From Octopus sinensis (taxonomy: Eukaryota), in NCBI RefSeq assembly GCF_006345805.1, contig NW_021836228.1, forward strand, positions 1-24,689: 24,689 bases of DNA. The letters are read 5' to 3'. The translations under genes were made by a program, and so were the position numbers. Below, piece after piece: positions 19,978 through 24,689 of the stretch (position 1 is the stretch's first letter; each line of letters begins with the position of its first letter). The notes beneath the pieces are model-generated. The model saw nothing but the letters and a program-made list of their open reading frames with translations. It was not told where the DNA came from and made no database searches.

Positions 19978-20954
19978 TATAATAAAAAAGTATCATTCCG
20001 AAATTTTGTTGAGTAATCCAAAAAAGTATTATTCCGAAATTTTTGTATTTGACGGGATGTCCCTTTTCCCATTTAAGAGGGAAAAGTCCTCGTATGAAAT
20101 GCAACCTGCTGGGATACATTCGTTGCTTCACATCTAACCTCGTGTGCTATGCAGGCTAAATCAGTTCGACTCCCTCTTGTTGTATAGGCGTCAAAAATAT
20201 TTCTGTAACAGTCTCTTGTTCTTTACAATAAAAAAATCTGTTCTGTTATTTGTCATTTTATAATATTTATCTTGACAAAATAGATTTTGAAATAGAGTTC
20301 AAATATTTTTTTGAATTTTCTTCCAAGTCCGAAAGTATAACCACCTAGGCTCGGTACACCCAAGGCCTGTGACATAATAATTTATAAAAATAATATAACA
20401 ATAATTAAATTCGTGTTCAGTTTAAAAAAAGTCTAGAAAAAAAATATAACAATAATGATTAAAATTTGGTAGAAATTGATCATTTTAGATTTTAGGGCGC
20501 TAAAATACAAGATCGCCAAATCCGGGAACAAATAAATAAAAGTTTGCCATAAGAATATAAAGAATAGAACTTTCTATCAAAAAATAATGTAAAATTCAAT
20601 GAATGAAGATAAATGAGAAGATTTCAAATAAGAGATATAAACAGATTGAAAGAATAAACTGACAAATATTACAAAATGATGAAATTTCAGATAATTTATT
20701 AATTAAAAGAAACTACATCGCAAAATATTCCTTCTAATCCAATTAAATAAAAAAATAAATATTGACCAAATAATGCAACAGGACAACAAGGTATATCACA
20801 AGAGTACTCACACGTCTACAATTTATTATGTTTTATCACAAGATTTTGCAGATTCGAGCAGATTGTTTCCTTGGAACTTTTGCTCCAGTAGATTTTCGAG
20901 CAGTTTGTTTAGTTCTAGCCATATTTTTTTATTTCAGACAGAACCGATTCAGAC
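19978..20954 (+). repeat. second copy of the ~1-kb head+CRE+AT-rich block
   Basis: Collinear with 6105-7121. Contains two ATTCCGAA units and DGMSLFPFKRGKVLV*NATCWDTFVASHL. Confidence 0.95.
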
Positions 20955-20959
20955 AAGAC

Positions 20960-21172
20960 GATTCCCGGGCAAAAGAATAGCTTGTGCGTTGCCGCGCATG
21001 ATTGTAACAGAGATCCTCTGTCCTAGCCAAGAAAATTCGCTTGTATCCATGTTTCTCCGAGCAAAAGGAGGCAGACGTGTTTTAAGAACTTGGATGTTTG
21101 CGGGACGAGGGCTGCACATGTCTCGAATGCCAAAGCGACAATTACTAGTTGGATTTGGATTGTTGAAATAGT
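20960..21172 (-). mobile_element. CRE-clade extreme 3' coding fragment (a different subfamily)
   Basis: VALAFETCAALVPQTSKFLK, then after a frameshift EFSWLGQRISVTIMRGNAQAILL...*. Confidence 0.8.
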
Positions 21173-21212
21173 TATTTAAAGAACAAATGAATAAAACATT
21201 ATTTTTAACGTG

Positions 21213-21407
21213 TTATTTTGTATTCGTGTACTTAGTAACTGCTTTTGCATCTTCTGTAATAGCATGTTTTGCCAATTCACCGGGAAGAATCAGACGAACT
21301 GCAGTCTGTATTTCGCGTGAGGTAATGCTAGCCTTCGAATTCTGATAGACTAAATTTGAAGCCTCGGTTTTTATTTTGTCATAAACATCGAATGTGAAAC
21401 TGTTTAT
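21213..21407 (-). pseudogene. H2B: histone H2B C-terminal half (5'-truncated, divergent)
   Basis: [64 protein letters not shown]; the segment [20 protein letters not shown] is diagnostic for H2B. Confidence 0.93.
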
Positions 21408-21429
21408 TAAAAAATATTTTAATTTTCTA

Positions 21430-21867
21430 CAATTTAAGCAATAGTTACAATTATCAATTAATATTGATTAAACGAAAAGAAGGCCAGCTGCCTGGCGGAT
21501 TGCCAAACTGTTCCCCCGGAGTCCGCAGTGAGTGCGCATTGAGATTTTGGCTCCGAGCTTGCGGAAGAACTTTTCCGTCTTTGGATAAAAACACCCGACG
21601 TCTCCACCGCTATCGGCACCACGAAAAACTGTTCGAAAGGGCAGAATATTTGAAAAGCTTTAAATCTTCAGCCTTTTTAGCAGCTGATTTAGCCTCCAGA
21701 GCAAACGAGCTTAGATGTGAAGCAGAGAAAGTATCCCAGCAGCTTGTAACTCATACGAGGCCTTTTCCCCTCTCAAATGGGAAAAGGGTCATTCTGTCAA
21801 CTTCAAAAATTTCGGAATTATACTTTGGGATTACTCAACAAAATTTTGGAATGATACTTTTTTATTA
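21430..21867 (-). mobile_element. ATTCCGAA head plus complete CRE 3' end and UTR (non-autonomous composite)
   Basis: The head is the reverse complement of 19978-20045. It is followed by CWDTFSASHLSSFALEAKSAAKKAEDLKLFKYSAL...VPIAVETSGV. Confidence 0.85.
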
Positions 21868-22913
21868 CAGTCAAACCTCTATTGGTCGCCACCTCTATTG
21901 CTCGCCACATTTTTTCAAAAAAATTGAGAATTTCTAAAAAAACCTCTATTGCTCGTTAAATTCTAAATCTCGCCACTATTTTTAATTTAAATTTTTTAAA
22001 CATTTACTAATTCTAATCTGTTATTTAGTATTTTATTAGCAGCAAAAAGAATTTTTTTGGTTAAACTGACTTTAAATATAAAATAATTTTAACCACGCTT
22101 CTTCCAACATGCGCAAGTGTACTAGACTGACGTTCAATGAAAAAAGACGCATAATAGCCTACATCGATGATAACAAGCATATGACAATGGAACATATAGC
22201 CTCTGTTTTCTCTTTCATTAAAAAAAAATTTCCCGAAGATCAATCAATGATCTGAGGCTTGAAAAACAAAAAATACTTGATAGTGATCCTCTTTTCTCAA
22301 GCAAAAAACGACTATTCAATCCAACATATTCAACTATTGATACAGAAGTTATGAAATGGATGGAACATATCGAACTTCGTGGCGGATTTATGGACGATAA
22401 TTCTATTCTTTTGAAAGCAAAAAAAGTCGCCGATCTACATGGAATTACTGATTTCAAGGCTAGCAATGGCTGGCTCTCTAAATTTAAGAAACGGAACAAT
22501 ATTAAGTTAAGAACTTTTCACGGAGAGTCTTATATGACTAACGTAAACTTTGAAGAAGAAATAAATTTTTTTATTTCAGTAATTTTCACCAGAAGAGGCA
22601 TTGAAGATGTAAAATAATTAAAGAAATTTTATTATCAAAATAAAAATTTTGATTTAAGTTCACTTGAATCAATTAAAAACATGATCAGAGACTTACCTAT
22701 GAAGAAAAAAACTATCGATGATTATTTTTATTAATTTTTTTAAACAATTTGGGAATTTCTTAACTTTTCTACAATTTAAAATTATATCATTTTAGATAAT
22801 TTTCAATTTTTGGCGAACAACCGGAAGTGCAAAACCTCTATTGCTTGCCAAATTCTGAATCTCGCCACGATTTGGTCGGTCCCAAAAAATGGCGAGATTT
22901 AGAGGTTTGACTG
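21868..22913 (+). mobile_element. complete internally deleted pogo/Tigger-type element (1046 bp) with TA TSD
   Basis: TIRs cagtcaaacctctattggtcgcca and tggcgagatttagaggtttgactg (20/24 match), TA at 21866-21867 and 22914-22915. Transposase 22109-22734 has HTH motifs (FKASNGWLSKFKKRNNIKLRTFHGES) joined to a C-terminal KKKTIDDYF; the DDD core is absent. Confidence 0.93.
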
Positions 22914-22929
22914 TATATGAGATTTTTCT

Positions 22930-23235
22930 CCGAATCTGGTTTCCGCTCAAGAGATATTTCACTCCAAAGAGGGGTTCTGCAGGGATCCTGCCTCAGTCCA
23001 CTTCTTTTCAATTTGGTTATGAGCAGTTTCCCTTTGCCCCAAGACCCTCGGACAAATCTACTTCTCTATGCTGATGACGTCCTTATCCTTGACACCTCAA
23101 AGGATGTGATGGCCTCAGAAAAGAGGCTTTTCACCTACATTGAGGTAATAAAGGAGTGGTGCGTCAGCAAACAGCTCTTGTTAGCAATGGATAAATCCGC
23201 TTTCTTACAAATCAACTCGAAAAAGTCATCAGATC
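22930..23235 (+). mobile_element. Jockey/I/CR1-type RT fragment
   Basis: RGVLQGSCLSPLLFNLVM...LLLYADDVLI...WC...LLLAMDKS. Confidence 0.85.
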
Positions 23236-23239
23236 AGAG

Positions 23240-23470
23240 CTCTGGGCCCCTAACCGAAATTGTGCAGCCACAGCGGCACGTGTGCGGAACACATTGCCTT
23301 AGTCCGAGTCGCAGAGAGACTCCGATCCTTACCGCTTCATCGTCAAGGAGAGTGCCAGAAGGGGCGTTCGGGAATGCACAAAGCCAAGCTCCGCTAGCCG
23401 GGGATGTTGCCGACAGAAGGCAAGCGCGGCGGTGCTGGTTGGACGACTCGAGCAGCAGATTGAAAGTTTG
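23240..23470 (-). mobile_element. CRE-clade fragment upstream of and including the start of the zinc knuckle
   Basis: QHRRACLLSATSPASGAWLCAFPNAPSGTLLDDEAVRIGVSLRLGLRQCVPHTCRCG, homologous to ~12755-12925. Confidence 0.88.
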
Positions 23471-23499
23471 CCCGGAGATACGACAGGTCATTGAGAAAT

Positions 23500-23760
23500 C
23501 TATCCGATCTTTCCGGAAAAGAACGAATATATTTGATCATAGATATGGATATTTTCGATTATTACGATTTTCATAAATATCGTGTCTCAGTAGGACATTG
23601 TCTCCTACGACTAAATCTTCATATACAGTTTGTTGATTTAAACAATCGTCGTCGTTTTCAAAATAATCTGATCCAGTTATTTCTATTGACTTAATTCCTT
23701 CGTTTCATTTCTTTTGGAGAATAATAACGCTGATTCCGGAATTTGATTATTTCCTCATGT
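23500..23760 (-). pseudogene. possible post-integrase (Ginger/LTR rve C-terminal) fragment
   Basis: EIIKFRNQRYYSPKEMKRR and LVVGDNVLLRHDIYENRNNRK resemble the VGDxVL motif found after integrase cores; no catalytic residues seen. Confidence 0.3.
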
Positions 23761-24174
23761 GTTTAATCTAAAATAATTATGTAACAATCACTTCGATAGT
23801 TTGCAGTTAAAAATGCGTAATCACTGGTTTTTGTATTTTATGTATATTATCCCTTAGTCTTCAAAAATTAACTGTTCTGATAATTTTTTGTATCTTTTTT
23901 GGATTTCTCTAATTGGTTCATAAAAATAAATCTAGTTGAACTTTTTTGATTATCCCAAGTTCATTTTTAGTAAGTTTAAGCAAAACCATTCCTAAAATAT
24001 ATATTTGATCAATAATACTTATTATTTTTTCAAATAGGAAAACTTAGATAACCAAAACAATTTTGCAAACTGGATTAATTTAAAAAATACTTTGATAAAT
24101 TACCAAAATAATTAAGAGCTCTCAAAAATTTCTACATTATGCACGTTTTTCTAACATAAGTGAGAGAGAACATA

Positions 24175-24200
24175 CAGTGGGCCCAAAAAGTCATGGCACC
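24175..24200 (+). mobile_element. Tc1-like left TIR; element probably extends beyond the window
   Basis: TA followed by CAGTGGGCCCAAAAAGTCATGGCACC, typical of Tc1-family ends; no partner TIR or transposase recognised in the window. Confidence 0.55.
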
Positions 24201-24689
24201 ATTTAATAAATTTTAGTATTTTACGTTTTTACCCATAAAATATGAAGTATTTTGACTTTTAATTATTTTTTTGAAAAATTCAAAAGATTCTGATTTAGAA
24301 AATAATTTTAAATCCTTAAAATATTGATAATTGACAAAGAAAAAACAGCTTTTTTTTAATTTTTAGCGTTATTGAAGAGTCAAAAATGTTGGCACTTTTA
24401 TATCTACAGTTTTAGTTTAAGTGCATATGATAAGAGAATGTCATTCTTTCAGATTATTTTTTTTAAGTTTTTCTTCACAAAAGCTTTGTTATTACTTAAT
24501 AACGCATTATTAATATTGATATTACGAAAACAGCCGTTTTTAGCACTACTTTATGGGAAAAACTGTACATACATACAAAACTCTTAAAAGCACGATTGTT
24601 TCTTACAGGAACAGAGTTGAACCAAGGAAAAGGACTTTTGAACTAGAAAAAAGAATATAAGAGAATCATCACCAAATAGTTATGGCACA

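Noticed and set aside
20773-21171. 132-aa plus-strand ORF; also briefly considered histone H3 next to H2B
   Set aside because: It is the antisense of a CRE 3' fragment joined to the AT block; no H3 motifs are present.
22917-23576. Single 219-aa RT gene
   Set aside because: Only the first ~105 codons are RT; the rest is antisense CRE and unrelated DNA read through by chance.
23780-24170. AT-rich stretch as a regulatory element
   Set aside because: No repeat, ORF or motif beyond base-composition noise.

Overview
AT-rich eukaryotic repeat-dense window with no intact host gene (host not identifiable from sequence alone). It is a nested mosaic of mobile elements. Non-LTR retroelements: two divergently oriented R4/Dong-like RT-RLE elements (8029-11549 minus, clearly decayed; 13518-17044 plus, broken only by four 1-nt deletions in short runs), eight CRE-clade pieces, a Jockey/I-like RT fragment and a probable LINE 5' end/ORF1. 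DNA elements: three pogo/Tigger-type transposase remnants plus a Tigger-type MITE remnant, a hAT (Charlie/SPIN-like) fragment, a lone Tc1-like TIR and a complete 1.94-kb non-autonomous Helitron. It also holds a histone H2B C-terminal fragment and two rhabdovirus-like endogenous viral elements (N-like at about 4818-6091; G-like at about 19290-19965). Most notable: the two viral stretches share the same 31-bp left flank and the same ~1-kb right flank but carry different, non-overlapping cargo. Also, a 5'-truncated CRE and the full-length R4-like element sit together inside one 12-bp target-site duplication. All family assignments are by-eye motif recognition; no database search was run.
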